From assembly GCA_046153645.1 (NCBI GenBank), contig JBJXGI010000040.1:1-51134 (forward strand): a stretch of 51,134 bases of DNA, read 5' to 3'. The stretch is from Elusimicrobiota bacterium (GTDB lineage Bacteria; Elusimicrobiota; Elusimicrobia; F11). The notes under the pieces are model-generated. The model did no database searches and had not been told where the DNA came from. It saw nothing but the letters and a program-made list of their open reading frames with translations. The first letter of the stretch is position 1, and every line of letters begins with the position of its first letter. Below, piece by piece: positions 37,333 to 48,800 of this stretch. A program made the translations under genes and the position numbers.

Positions 37333-39437
37333 AAAAAGTTTTTTATTTATTTTTATTTCTTTTTTTCGCGGGAATTTACATTTATTCTGCGGCGCCTCAA
37401 TTGGCTCCCTATCGAGATGCCGGTGAAATGGTTTCGGTTTTTCATACTTTTGGAGTGGCACACCCTCCGGGATATCCTACCTATACGATCTTAGGCCAAC
37501 TGACGCGTTTTTTTCTGATAGGAAATGTGGCCTATCAATCCAATGTGTTTTCAGGTGTCGCTGGTGCCTTGGCTTTATTATTACTATTCCTTTTTCTGGA
37601 AAATCAATTCAATTTTCTGTCAGCACTTTTTTCAGTTTTAATGTTTGGTTTATCTAATCCATTTTGGGAATTATGTTCTGTTTCTGAAATGTACAGTTTG
37701 GGTGTTTTACTGGTTTGCGCGTTTTTTTATATTTCATTTGTTTTAAAAGATACAAGACTATTGGCTTTTATCTTTGGTTTAGCGTTGGGAGTAAGAATGG
37801 ATTTACTTTTGATGATTCCAGTGTTTTTATTTGTTTTAAAAGATAAATTTAAAGCCATGGGATGGGATAAAGCGCTTTTGTTTTTCGTTTTAGGTGGGTC
37901 GGTGTATTTATATTTACTTTTAAGATCATTGAAAAACCCCCTTCTTGATTGGGGAAATCCTGAAACGATTTTAGGATTGTTTAACTCTGTTTCTCGCCAT
38001 AGTTATGGTGGAACTCTAGATTTGCTTTCTTTGTCCTATAAAAAGGGAGAAAACTGGGGCATTAATCTTTTGATATATGGCCAACATTTAATTCATCATT
38101 TTGGAATCGTTTTTTGTCTGCTCTCAATTTTAGGGATTTTTATTCAATTTTTTTATTTTAAAAAATACCCAACACTTTTATTGGCCCTTCTTATTTTTGT
38201 TGTCAGTGGGCCTTTCTTTTTTCTGTTGGCTAATATGCCGCCGAATCCTCATTCTTTGGCGATTGTTGAAGCTTCCTATTTAATTCCCGACTTATGTTTG
38301 GCTTTATTTGTCGCTGCAGGTTTGCACGTTGTATTTAAAACGATCTCTGGGCGAAAGCCACTTGTTGTTTGCTTCATTATTATTTTTTTCTCTTTAACTG
38401 TTGCGCAGGCTTCTCAGCAATGGGACCGAGGATCAAAAAGAAATAATTTTTACGCGGTGGATTATGTTGAAAATCTTTTGAAATCAATCCCTATGAATTC
38501 GATAGCGGTACTTCAAAAAGATGTTCAACTTTTTTCAGTTTGGCAAGCGCAGTTAATTCAAAAAAAACGACCAGACGTGCAATTTATTTCTGTTGGTCTT
38601 TCGGGTAGTCTCTGGTATTGGGATATGATGTCTCGTTGGCCAAATTATCAAAATTATGAAAGCAATTTAAAATCAATAGATGGTTGGAACGATCTCAAAA
38701 GTAAAGCGGGGAACAAAGCGTTATTTGTGAGTGGCGATGTTGACGCGAGTTTATTATCTCAACTGTCGCTTTCTCCTCAAGGGTTATTAATGAAAGTTTC
38801 CAATAATCCTCCCAATGAATCACCGCCTTTAGAGCTTTTAATGTCTCTTTTTGTTTATCGAGGTCGTTATTCTTATGGTCAAACTCCAGACTTTTTTTCG
38901 ACTGATTTAATTGGAGATCATGCCAGAGCCTTTCACCGATTGGGTTATTCCTTTTTGTCTCGTGGTCAATGGGATGAAAGTATTCCATTTTACAGGGCGG
39001 CGCTGAATATGGATTCTACTTTCCCCGCGGCCGTTTCAGATTTAGGTTTCATTTATTTCCAAAAGGGGGAATTTGAAAAATCACTTTCGTTTTATGAATT
39101 GGCTTTGGCTAGATACCAATTTCAAAAGAAACTGACTATTAAATATAAGTCACTCCCTGAGTTGGTGCGTGGAACGGATTTAGATTTAGCCAATGCTTAT
39201 ATTCAAATTGGGGCTACCTATGAAAAGCTTGGGAATAAAATAAAAGCGCGAGAGAATTACTCTAATTCCTTTTCAGTGATGCCGCTGGCGCAAGCTTATT
39301 TCAATATGGCGGTTACCTATTGGAATGAAAATTGGGATCTTGTTATCCAGAACTTAGATAGAGCTGTGCAACTCAACCCTCGAATGGAAGAAGCTAGAAA
39401 ATATGGAATCGTTGCAAGGATGAAAAGAAACTCATGA
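37329..39437 (+). CDS. DUF2723 (TMEM260-like GT-C) membrane protein with TPR, copy 3
   Basis: PYRDAGEM, GVAHPPGYP, SEMYSL and LRS..NPLLDWGNP; TPR-like tail. Confidence 0.85.
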   Translation: MKKVFYLFLFLFFAGIYIYSAAPQLAPYRDAGEMVSVFHTFGVAHPPGYPTYTILGQLTRFFLIGNVAYQSNVFSGVAGALALLLLFLFLENQFNFLSALFSVLMFGLSNPFWELCSVSEMYSLGVLLVCAFFYISFVLKDTRLLAFIFGLALGVRMDLLLMIPVFLFVLKDKFKAMGWDKALLFFVLGGSVYLYLLLRSLKNPLLDWGNPETILGLFNSVSRHSYGGTLDLLSLSYKKGENWGINLLIYGQHLIHHFGIVFCLLSILGIFIQFFYFKKYPTLLLALLIFVVSGPFFFLLANMPPNPHSLAIVEASYLIPDLCLALFVAAGLHVVFKTISGRKPLVVCFIIIFFSLTVAQASQQWDRGSKRNNFYAVDYVENLLKSIPMNSIAVLQKDVQLFSVWQAQLIQKKRPDVQFISVGLSGSLWYWDMMSRWPNYQNYESNLKSIDGWNDLKSKAGNKALFVSGDVDASLLSQLSLSPQGLLMKVSNNPPNESPPLELLMSLFVYRGRYSYGQTPDFFSTDLIGDHARAFHRLGYSFLSRGQWDESIPFYRAALNMDSTFPAAVSDLGFIYFQKGEFEKSLSFYELALARYQFQKKLTIKYKSLPELVRGTDLDLANAYIQIGATYEKLGNKIKARENYSNSFSVMPLAQAYFNMAVTYWNENWDLVIQNLDRAVQLNPRMEEARKYGIVARMKRNS

Positions 39438-41092
39438 TAAAATTAGTGGCACTATCGAATACTAAGTTTAATTTTAAGATTTTCTATGTTATTCCACTCT
39501 TTGTTTTTTTTGGACTTATTCATAGCTTATTTGTTGTTCGTACAATTAATAAATCAGCTCCCACTTATGACGAACCTATTCATTTAATCTCTGGTTATTC
39601 CATTTTAAAAAAAGATAATTTCAGAGTGAACGGATATCATCACCCACCCTTTGCCGAAATGTGGTCTGCCATTCCATTGATTTTTTTAAAATCGACGATT
39701 CCTGTTCATCATCCTGCTTGGATTGCGCAAGCGTGGGATCCTGTCAGTCAATATCGATTTGCAGATGCTTTTCTATATAAAAACAAGACTCCTCCAGATG
39801 AAATGATTTTTTGGGGAAGATTTATGCAGTTGTTCATTTCACTTGTTCTGGGTTTTTTTCTTATCTCTTGTGCGGCGACTTTGGGAGGCTTTCTGGCCGG
39901 TTTATTCGTGGCTGTTTTCTGGGCTTTAAACCCTGTTTTTATCTCCAATGCCGCGCTTATCGCAACAGACTTTTCTTTTGCCGTTTTTTATTTTTTATTT
40001 TTTTATTTTTTATTTTTAAATGAGAATATTTCGCTGCGACCCATGTCTAAGGGAATAAAGGCAGGTATTGCCTTGGGTTTATGCGTAACGAGTAAATATT
40101 TGGCTGTGGCACTATTTCCTTCACTGTTTTTGGTTTTACTTTTTGTTTTTTTTAAAAAACAATTATCGAAACAAACGATGATTTCTTTATTTATAAGCGT
40201 GCTGGTCGCAGTCGCGATAATATTTCTTATACATAAAGGAAACAGTATTGATGTTATGTTGGATGGATATAAAGCTTTATTTTCTCGAGCCCAATCAGGG
40301 CGATCAAGTTTTTTTATGGGAAATCATTACACGGAGGGGAATATTTTATATTTCCCATTTCTGTTTTTTGTTAAAACTCCGATTCCTGTTTTATTGGGCT
40401 TTTTAATTTTGGTTTATTTATTAATTAAAAAGACTGTCCAAATTCCCGCTTGGGTGTGGATACCGACATTAACTTTTCTTTTTATTGTTTTAACTTCAAA
40501 AGTTCAAATTGGACATCGTCATATATTGGCTTTATATCCATTTGTTGTTTTAATTGCCGCGCTTTCCTATGCCCGTTTTACTCAAGTTCAAGGATTTTTT
40601 TTCGCGGTAATGGCTTGCGTTTGGATGTTTTGGAGTTGTTGGAATACGTCCCCTTGGTTTATAAGTTATTTTAACGAGTTTATTGGCGGTCCTCGTCATG
40701 GTTATAAATATGTAACTGATTCTAATGTGGATTGGGGTCAAGGATTGTCAGAGCTAGGAAAAGAGCTTTCCTTGTCTGATCGTGAAAATGGAATTTTCCT
40801 CAGTTATTTTGGCGTTGCTGACCCTCATTTTTATGGGATTCGATATTGGGATGTCGGTTCTGATACGATCGCTGGTCATTTAGATGATTCCGATCTTAAT
40901 TTGAATCCTACAAAGTTGGCTATTTCAGTAACTAATTTACAAGCAACATATTATTCGGATAAAAAAATTTTTAAATGGTTAGAATCTTTAACCCCCACCC
41001 AAATTGTCGCGCATAGTATTTTTATTTATGATTTGAAAGATCACCCTCAGGCTTTGCTTCAACTTAAAAATATGCGGACCCGTCCTGGATAA
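39434..41092 (+). CDS. ArnT/PMT-like GT-C glycosyltransferase
   Basis: SAPTYDEPIH, HHPP, ATD, SKY, KTPIP, QIGHRH and DSNVDWGQ. Confidence 0.85.
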   Translation: MIKLVALSNTKFNFKIFYVIPLFVFFGLIHSLFVVRTINKSAPTYDEPIHLISGYSILKKDNFRVNGYHHPPFAEMWSAIPLIFLKSTIPVHHPAWIAQAWDPVSQYRFADAFLYKNKTPPDEMIFWGRFMQLFISLVLGFFLISCAATLGGFLAGLFVAVFWALNPVFISNAALIATDFSFAVFYFLFFYFLFLNENISLRPMSKGIKAGIALGLCVTSKYLAVALFPSLFLVLLFVFFKKQLSKQTMISLFISVLVAVAIIFLIHKGNSIDVMLDGYKALFSRAQSGRSSFFMGNHYTEGNILYFPFLFFVKTPIPVLLGFLILVYLLIKKTVQIPAWVWIPTLTFLFIVLTSKVQIGHRHILALYPFVVLIAALSYARFTQVQGFFFAVMACVWMFWSCWNTSPWFISYFNEFIGGPRHGYKYVTDSNVDWGQGLSELGKELSLSDRENGIFLSYFGVADPHFYGIRYWDVGSDTIAGHLDDSDLNLNPTKLAISVTNLQATYYSDKKIFKWLESLTPTQIVAHSIFIYDLKDHPQALLQLKNMRTRPG

Positions 41093-41103
41093 ATGGAATT
41101 CTG

Positions 41104-44100
41104 ATGTCTCAATCAAAAAATGAAATTTTAACTTTTATTAAGAAAAGCAATGCCTTTGGGATATTTAGCTTATGTCTTAGAGGGTTTTTAAAGATATTGC
41201 CGGTGATTTTTTTGGGTCTTATTATTTTTAATCTCTTGGAAAATTTTCTTCAAATTTCAAATTTACTTCGGTTTATTTTATGGTTTTTATGGGTTGGTGG
41301 AATTTTGTTTGTGTTTATTCAATCTTTTGCACCATTTGAGCAGTTCTCAATTCGCCATCAATCTAAAAAATTAAGTGAATACTCAAGAGAAAAAGAGGAA
41401 ATTTTCTTCCGTGAAGATGACCTGAATATGGCATCGGAATTTATTAAAAATAATAGAAATAATCATTTTGTTGATAATTTTTTAGACGCTTTTTCTCCGA
41501 AGTTGTCCAGAGTTTCACCTTCATGGTGTTTTCAAAGTCTGGAGTGGGGAAGGATTTTTTCACTCGCTGTTTTTTCGATTTTTTTCTTTGTTGGTTTAAA
41601 AGTGGTTTTTCCTCAATATTGGCAGACCCATCGTTACCTTCTATTACCTTTTTCTCAGTTTAAATTTGATGATTATTTTGATGTGGTTCCCGGGCACACT
41701 GAACTTGAGAAAGGATCTGATCTCAATGTTCTTATTTCAAAGAAAGCAGATAAAATGACCCCTTTGATTTTAATTCCTGATGTTGAACTATTGGTTCAAT
41801 CTTCTGGAGGATGGGTTGCTGTTCCTTTTGTTGATGAACAAGTTAACCAAAAGAAATTTATTGTTAAAACAGTAGTAGACCCCTTGCAATATCGATTTAA
41901 AGTAAAAGGTCTCCTTAGTTCGAAGTATTTTGTTGAATTAAAGCCTTCTATTGATATAGAAAAATGGATGGTGACGGTAACGCCGCCTGCCTATTGCCAA
42001 CAAGAACCGCTTATTCAGGCTTCTCCGGATATTAATGGTTTACGAGGGTCTCAAGTTGAAATGCGAGTTTTTTTTCAGTCTGATATTGAACAGGTTGATC
42101 TTAAATTTCTAAAAAATCATCAGACCCTGGCAATGGAAAAAATGTCTGAAAAAGAGTTTCGGGTCCGTTTTTCTATTACTGAAGAAGACGAAATGAATCT
42201 TTCTGTTATGTTGCCTTCCAAAAAAATGTCGCTGCTTCCTTATTCTTATAAAGTTCGAGTTATTCCTGATTTGCCTCCGAGTATGACACTGCTTTCTCCT
42301 GATAAAGATTTGGTTGTTTCTGAAGATGATGATATTCCGCTTAATTTTGATGTGAAAGATGATTTCGGCTTATCAGAGTTAAGGCTCGTATGGCGTAATC
42401 AAAAATTACCAGAAAATAAAAAAACAATTAAAAATTTTTCGAAAGGAACATTTCAAGATTTGTCCGCGGTAATGTGGAATTTAAGAGCCTTTAACATTAA
42501 ATCAGGGGAGTTAATTCAATATCGATTGGAAGCCGTTGATAACAATATTGTTACCGGTCCTGGGGTAACTTTAACACCTTGGTTGTATTTGGAGGTGACC
42601 AGCTTTGAAAAAGAACATGAGTTGATAGAAAATGTTTTAGAGAAATGGCGAGATGAAATGTTGGAATTACTGGCTCAAACCAATGTGTTGGGATCAAAAG
42701 TATCTGCAAAAGTGCCTGATTTTAAACAGTCGATTTTGGATTTTAGACCTATATCAGAAAATTCGCTTAAATTAGAAAAAGTGTTAGAGCAAATTGTTGA
42801 ACGTATGGAAAAAGATCCTTTGTCGGACGTTGCTGTTTGGTTAGAGCATCAAGCGATGTTAGAGGGGTTTAAAGCCCTCAATAATTTAACTGTTCAACAA
42901 ATTGCATCGTCACTTCAAACGCAAAATCAGTCAGCTTCATCAATAGGAATTAAATTAATGTCCTCGGAAATTGAGCGTATGCTTTCTTTATCTGAAGATT
43001 TAAGCAAAGCTCAAAATGCTCGAGATGTATTAGATACCACAGATTCACTAGAGAAAATTGGCGAAAGTCTTAATGAGAAATTAGAAAGTCAAGACAAGTT
43101 GAGCCCCGCTGATATGAAAGAAATCAACGACATGTTGCAAGAGGCCAATCGATTGTTGAGTGAAATGTCGAAGACTCTCTCTGAATTGCCTCAGGAATTG
43201 CCTGAGGATTTTGTAAATCAAGAAGCGTTAAAAGATTTGAAAATTGATGAGTCTTCTGATCTTCTTTCTCAAATAAAAGAAGCAATGAAAAATGGTGATG
43301 CTAAAAAGGCGTTGGAAAAAGCGAAGGAATTTCTTAAAGCGGCTCAGCAACTTCGAAAACAAATGGAAAAAGCCCATGATTCTTTTCTTGAGTCGCGATC
43401 TCTTGATGAGATAGAAAAGCAAATGGAGAGTCTAAAAGGGAAATGGGATCAATTAGCCGAGGAAGAACGGACTCTCCTTTCTCAAACACAAAAAATGGAA
43501 TCCCAAAGATTAAACGAGTTAATGAAGAAACAAGAAGAGGCGCTTCTTTTGTTGTTGAATAAACAGAAAAATGTCATCGAATTAACGAAATCAAAAATGC
43601 CGGAAATTTCTGTGAAAGAAAATAAAACACTGTATCTTATGATGTTGAATCAGTTGAAATCGATGGAAGAGGTAGCAGCAGAATTTCAATTAAAGAAAGT
43701 TGAAAAATCATTCAATATTTTACCTTTGATTATTGATGGGTTGATGGGTATTAAGAGTGCACTTTTAAAAACTCCTGAAGATTCTTCTTATTTGGAATGG
43801 TTAGATAAAATAACAATAGACGAACAGGAAGTTTTTGATGAACTTAAGAAAATTTCTTCACAAAAGGCGCCTTCGGGTCAAAATCAAGAACAATTTAATT
43901 CGATGAGTCAGGAACAATCGAAAACAATTGAAAAAACTAATAGCTTGAAAAAAGATTTACAAAAGCTCGCTCAAAAAACAGCCACTCTTGGGCTTCCTCT
44001 GATGGAGCCATTACAAAGCGCAATGGAATCAATGCAAACAGCTTCCCAAGAGTTATCTTCTGGGAATAGTCAAAAGGCAAAAGCGGCCCAAGAAAAAGCA

Positions 44101-44412
44101 TTAGACTCGCTCGAACAAGGGCAATTGGCTCTTTCTGCTGCTCAAATGATGATGGGCCAGATGCAAGAAGGATTGGGTGAGGGTGATAAAGAGGGAGAAA
44201 GTTCGAAGAGGGGAGGCAAAGTTCGAATTAGAAATTCTTCTCCTCAAAACGGAAGAAGTGGGGGGTCTGTAGATCGGGTGCGCTTACCACGATTGGATGA
44301 ATATAAACCACCAAAGCAATTTCGCGAAGACATTATGGACTCTTTAAAGGAAAAGTACCCGAAAGCGTATGAAGAAATAATTCATAAATACTATAAAAGG
44401 CTAACACAGTGA
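41104..44412 (+). CDS. DUF4175-like membrane protein with Ig-like and long helical periplasmic regions
   Basis: Three N-terminal TMs, VTPPAY, PDLPP, DDFGL and AVDNN..TGP; coiled-coil region; C-terminal YEEIIHKYYKRL. Confidence 0.75.
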   Translation: MSQSKNEILTFIKKSNAFGIFSLCLRGFLKILPVIFLGLIIFNLLENFLQISNLLRFILWFLWVGGILFVFIQSFAPFEQFSIRHQSKKLSEYSREKEEIFFREDDLNMASEFIKNNRNNHFVDNFLDAFSPKLSRVSPSWCFQSLEWGRIFSLAVFSIFFFVGLKVVFPQYWQTHRYLLLPFSQFKFDDYFDVVPGHTELEKGSDLNVLISKKADKMTPLILIPDVELLVQSSGGWVAVPFVDEQVNQKKFIVKTVVDPLQYRFKVKGLLSSKYFVELKPSIDIEKWMVTVTPPAYCQQEPLIQASPDINGLRGSQVEMRVFFQSDIEQVDLKFLKNHQTLAMEKMSEKEFRVRFSITEEDEMNLSVMLPSKKMSLLPYSYKVRVIPDLPPSMTLLSPDKDLVVSEDDDIPLNFDVKDDFGLSELRLVWRNQKLPENKKTIKNFSKGTFQDLSAVMWNLRAFNIKSGELIQYRLEAVDNNIVTGPGVTLTPWLYLEVTSFEKEHELIENVLEKWRDEMLELLAQTNVLGSKVSAKVPDFKQSILDFRPISENSLKLEKVLEQIVERMEKDPLSDVAVWLEHQAMLEGFKALNNLTVQQIASSLQTQNQSASSIGIKLMSSEIERMLSLSEDLSKAQNARDVLDTTDSLEKIGESLNEKLESQDKLSPADMKEINDMLQEANRLLSEMSKTLSELPQELPEDFVNQEALKDLKIDESSDLLSQIKEAMKNGDAKKALEKAKEFLKAAQQLRKQMEKAHDSFLESRSLDEIEKQMESLKGKWDQLAEEERTLLSQTQKMESQRLNELMKKQEEALLLLLNKQKNVIELTKSKMPEISVKENKTLYLMMLNQLKSMEEVAAEFQLKKVEKSFNILPLIIDGLMGIKSALLKTPEDSSYLEWLDKITIDEQEVFDELKKISSQKAPSGQNQEQFNSMSQEQSKTIEKTNSLKKDLQKLAQKTATLGLPLMEPLQSAMESMQTASQELSSGNSQKAKAAQEKALDSLEQGQLALSAAQMMMGQMQEGLGEGDKEGESSKRGGKVRIRNSSPQNGRSGGSVDRVRLPRLDEYKPPKQFREDIMDSLKEKYPKAYEEIIHKYYKRLTQ

Positions 44413-45869
44413 AATATCTTGGATTTATACTGCTTTTTTTTATAGCTCAACCAATATTTTCTTTTCAGTACAACGCCTCCACCCCAACGATACGTGATCC
44501 TTTTTCTCTTTTAGAAGCCTATGGGGAAGATCATCCCCATTTACCGGAATCATTAAAAAATTTGGCAAAACGAGAATATTCGTTAGCATTAAAAAATTTA
44601 AACCTAGAAACGAGCGCTCAATATTCATGGTTTAAAAATTATTTAGAAGGACTTATTGTTGTCTCTGAGCCTTTAATTCGTTTTGATTCCGCTCATTTCA
44701 CGTTATATGTCCCTAAGGGGGCTGAGTTTTTAAAGGAATACGCTTTGCCCATGCTAGAGGACATGGGAAATTATGTAGAGAAAAATTTCCAGCATCGCCC
44801 AAAAAGAAAAATTATTGTCGAAATTTATCCTGATTCTGATCATTTTTCAATTGCTTCCACATTAAGTCCTCAAATTCTTGAAAATTCTGGGGCTATTGGA
44901 ATTTGTAAGTTTCACCGCCTCATGATTATGTCTCCGCAGGCATTGCCCCTTGGATATCGATGGATGGACGCACTGGCTCATGAGTATATGCACTTAATTA
45001 TTAATGAGCTTTCAGGGTCTAGGGCAGAACTTTGGATTCATGAAGGTACCGCTCGATATTTTGAAACCGCATATCGTTTAAACCCTCCCACTTTTTTATC
45101 TCCAGATCAGAAAACAAAGTTGATTGAAGCCAAAGAAAAAGGAACACTTGTTCCCTTTAAAAAAATGTCTCCTTCTATGGTTTATTTAAAAGATCAAGAT
45201 GAAGTATCTTTGGCTTTTGGGCAAGTCTCACATGCTGTATGTCAACTTGTTGAGAAAAAAGGTGCCTCTTCTTATGGGCGGTTTTTAAGAGGTTTAAAAT
45301 CTGGTTTATTCGAAACAGAATTTAAAAAACACTTTGAAGATTCTCCAGAAGAATTTGAAATCCTATGGAAAGAAAAATTAGGAGGAGAAAAGTGGGAAAA
45401 GAGCGTTGGCGCGATGTCAGATAAAGTGATATTTGGCGCATTTGAAGAAGAAAATCTCTTGGGCGCCTCTGCTCAGGGAATGGTTCGATTGGGAGACCGA
45501 ATGCGTCAAAGAGGCCTTCACGAAGCGGCCCTTATTGAATATGAGAAAGCGCTCAATATTGAGCCCGATAACGCTATTTTATTGTTAAAGGCGGCACGAT
45601 CTCTATTGGCTCAGGGAAATAAAGAAAAAGCAATTACGTATTTAAGGTGGGCCATTAAGAAGAACCCGAATTATGGGACTCCTTATATTGAACTAGCACC
45701 ATTGGTCGGAGATTCTGATGCAATTGATTTCTTAAAAGAAGCGAATTCTATTAATCCTTTTAACCCCCAGATTCATAAGCTTCTCTCGGAAGCTTATGAA
45801 AGGGTGGGGGAATCAAAAAAGTCCATCTTTGAATTAACAATATTTGAATCTTTAATGTCTCAAAAATAA
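44409..45869 (+). CDS. Exported peptidase MA-like metallopeptidase with TPR
   Basis: Signal peptide, zinc-binding pattern LAHEYMH...WIHEG, C-terminal TPRs; GTGA overlap with the upstream gene. Confidence 0.8.
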   Translation: MKYLGFILLFFIAQPIFSFQYNASTPTIRDPFSLLEAYGEDHPHLPESLKNLAKREYSLALKNLNLETSAQYSWFKNYLEGLIVVSEPLIRFDSAHFTLYVPKGAEFLKEYALPMLEDMGNYVEKNFQHRPKRKIIVEIYPDSDHFSIASTLSPQILENSGAIGICKFHRLMIMSPQALPLGYRWMDALAHEYMHLIINELSGSRAELWIHEGTARYFETAYRLNPPTFLSPDQKTKLIEAKEKGTLVPFKKMSPSMVYLKDQDEVSLAFGQVSHAVCQLVEKKGASSYGRFLRGLKSGLFETEFKKHFEDSPEEFEILWKEKLGGEKWEKSVGAMSDKVIFGAFEEENLLGASAQGMVRLGDRMRQRGLHEAALIEYEKALNIEPDNAILLLKAARSLLAQGNKEKAITYLRWAIKKNPNYGTPYIELAPLVGDSDAIDFLKEANSINPFNPQIHKLLSEAYERVGESKKSIFELTIFESLMSQK

Positions 45870-45873
45870 ATCC

Positions 45874-48800
45874 TTAAGCAGCTCTTCTTTTTTGAGATAT
45901 ATTCTCAAGTTCTACTTGCAACTCATGTTTCTCATTTTGAATTCGACGCATTTGTTCATCCATAACACTTTGTTGACGCATGAATTCTTGAGTGATGGTT
46001 TCAAGACGCTTGGTTAGATCCTTTTTGGCTTCTTCAAGTTCTTGTTTGCGAATTTGTGTTTCTTCATTAAGTCGTTCGAATTCAGATTTCTGAGCTTCTA
46101 ACGATAATTGTTTCGTATGTAACTCTGACATGGTCTTTTCTACTTGTATTGTCAGATCATGTTGTTTCTGCATGAATTTTCTCTGCATGTCTTCTTCTTT
46201 TTGGGAATAAGAAGCCTGAAGTTCATTCATCTTATTGGATAATTTAATTTTCATCTCTGAGGCTTCTTCAACCCATTTCTTTTTGGCTTCAGCAAACTCT
46301 GTTTCCTTTTCAGCAAGTTGACGGCGAGCTTTTTCAGCGATTTCACTGACTCGGTTTTCAAATCGAGCTGGCCATTCAATTTCGACGGTTTTCTTATATT
46401 CGTCAAACTCTTTTTCTTTTTGAGCAAGAGTGTTGGAAATATATTCTTCTTTCTTTAGGTAATTTTCACGGATCATGTCAGATTCTTGGGCGTTGCGAGC
46501 TTTTAATTCTTCTAATCTTTTCAAGGCGTCATCATGCTCTGCCATCCACCTATTTTTTTGTGTTTCCATTTGGATCATTCGGGCCGAATTTTCTTTTTCT
46601 AGTCTTTCAAGATCAGATTTATATTTCTTTTCAAGATTATCTAACGCCAATTGTCTTTCTTGAAGCATTTTATTTCGGGCGATTTCATCATCTTCGAATT
46701 TCTTATCAGTTCGTTGGTTTCGATCATTCCAAGCGGATTCAAGTTCTACAGCTCTAGCACGTAGAGTTTCTTCCATTTGTTGGTACATTGTTTTTTGTTC
46801 TACTTCTAATTTCTTTTTCATTTCGTCCGAGACACTTTGTAGTCTTTTTCTCTCTTGTTCCATTTGAATTTCAAACGATTTTCGATCTTGGCTTAATCGC
46901 TGAAGGATTTCTTGTTTTTCTTGAGTCATGAGATCGCGAGTTGTTTTTAGTTCAGCTTCTGTCTCTTCTACTTCAAGAAGGAGGGACTTCTTGAGTTGTT
47001 GGAACGCTTTTTCTCGCTCTTGTTCTCTGAGCTCGGCGTCTTGTTCAAGTTGGAGGGCTCTTTTTTTCCATAAGTCTTCAAGCTCTTGAGCGAGCTGTCG
47101 ATGCGATTGTTCGGCTTTTACCTCCCAACTTTTTTGCTCCATACTTATTCTATTTCTTAAGTCCTTTTCGAACTTTTCCATCTGTTCAGTATTCCGTAAC
47201 ATGGTCTCCTCCCACGCCTTTTTACTATGAATCGCCTGTTCTTGCAGACTGTGTTCTAAAGTTGCTATGTGTTCCTCGGCTTTTCTTTGTTTTAAGGCAA
47301 AATTTTCTTCTTTCGCGCTATAAGTTTTTTCCAGTTCGGTTTCTCTTTGTTGCAGTGCGCGTTTATGATTTTCAATTTCTATCAATTTGGCGTTTAAAGC
47401 TTCTTCGATAACAGCCAGCTTTTCTTTTTCTTTATTTTCTCTGGTTTCTGTATCAATTTTCGCTTTTTCTTCAATATTCCTTGTTTTGATGATGAGCGAT
47501 TGTTTCTCATTTTCTAGATTTTGATAAGCCAATGATTTTTCGTCTTCCATTTGTTGACGTTCTCTTAAGAGAAGGGTTTCTTTGTCTTGGAAAGCTTTTT
47601 CTAATTCAGCTTTTTTACTTTCAAACATGCGAGTGTGTTGTTTTCTTTCTTCAAGGGCGATTTGTTCTAATTCCTGAGTTCTGCGCTTTAATAAATCTTC
47701 AACAGCCGCTGTTCTTCTTTGGAAAGATTCTTCTAATTTTGCTTCCATTTCTTTCTTTTCTGCCGCCAATCTTTCTCTGAGTTCATTTTCGGCATTTGAA
47801 ATTCGCCTTTTTTCTTCCAGCACATATTGGTTGAAGAGTTCTTGTTCTCTTCTGGATTTTTCATGAAGTTCGGCTTCTAATAGCTCGAGTCTTTGTTTCT
47901 CTGCATCTGTGTGGGTTTTGTAAGAACGAATATCTGATTCAAACTTAGCTCGTAATTCTTCTTCTAAAGCTTCTAATCTTTGTCTTTCGGCGGCAGCTTT
48001 GGCTTCCAAAATTCTCCGGTCATCCTCATGTCTTTGTTGCAGCAGCTTTTCTTTGTTTTCAACTTCTTGTCTTCGATGTTCAACTTCCTCGATTAATTTT
48101 CTTCGTTCATTGGCCAAATCTTCTGTAGAGGCATTGCGTGCGCCTTCCCATTGTTTCTTCTCAAGGATGAACTGAGAATCCCGATCGGCATAGATTTTGT
48201 CTAATTCATTAAGTTTGGCATCATGCATTCGTTGCAATTTGTTTTGCATCTCAGCATACTGAGATTCAAGTTGATCGATTCTTGATTTTGAAGCAAGTTC
48301 AAGTTCGGTCATTTTTTGTCTTTGCAACGCTTCAAATTGAACCATTTGTTCTGATTGTTCTTGAGCTACTTTAGCTCTTAATGCCGCTTCAAGTTTTCGG
48401 GTTTCTTCTTGGGCTTGTTTGCGTTCTTGATCCAAGAGGGATTGTTTTTCAGAAAGTGTTTTTTCTAAATGCGCAATTCTTTCGGCTTCTGATCTTTCGT
48501 GTTGAGCCATCCTAAATTTAGATTCGTTTAATTGGTCGATATTTTCTTGTTCAATTTTTTTCTTATATATTTCAAATTGAGCTTTGTTCTCTTCAATAAG
48601 TATTTTTTCATTTTCTATATCTAAGGCAGCTCTTTGTCTTTGGTTCATCCATTCTTGTTTTTCTAAATTGATTTGATCAATACGTTTTTGAGTCCCATCT
48701 TCCAATTCTTTTTTTCGTTCTTGGTAGACGGTTTCTAGTTCACTCATTCGTATTCGATATTCACTGTCAATTCTGGTTTGTGCGGCGGCTTTTTCTTCAT

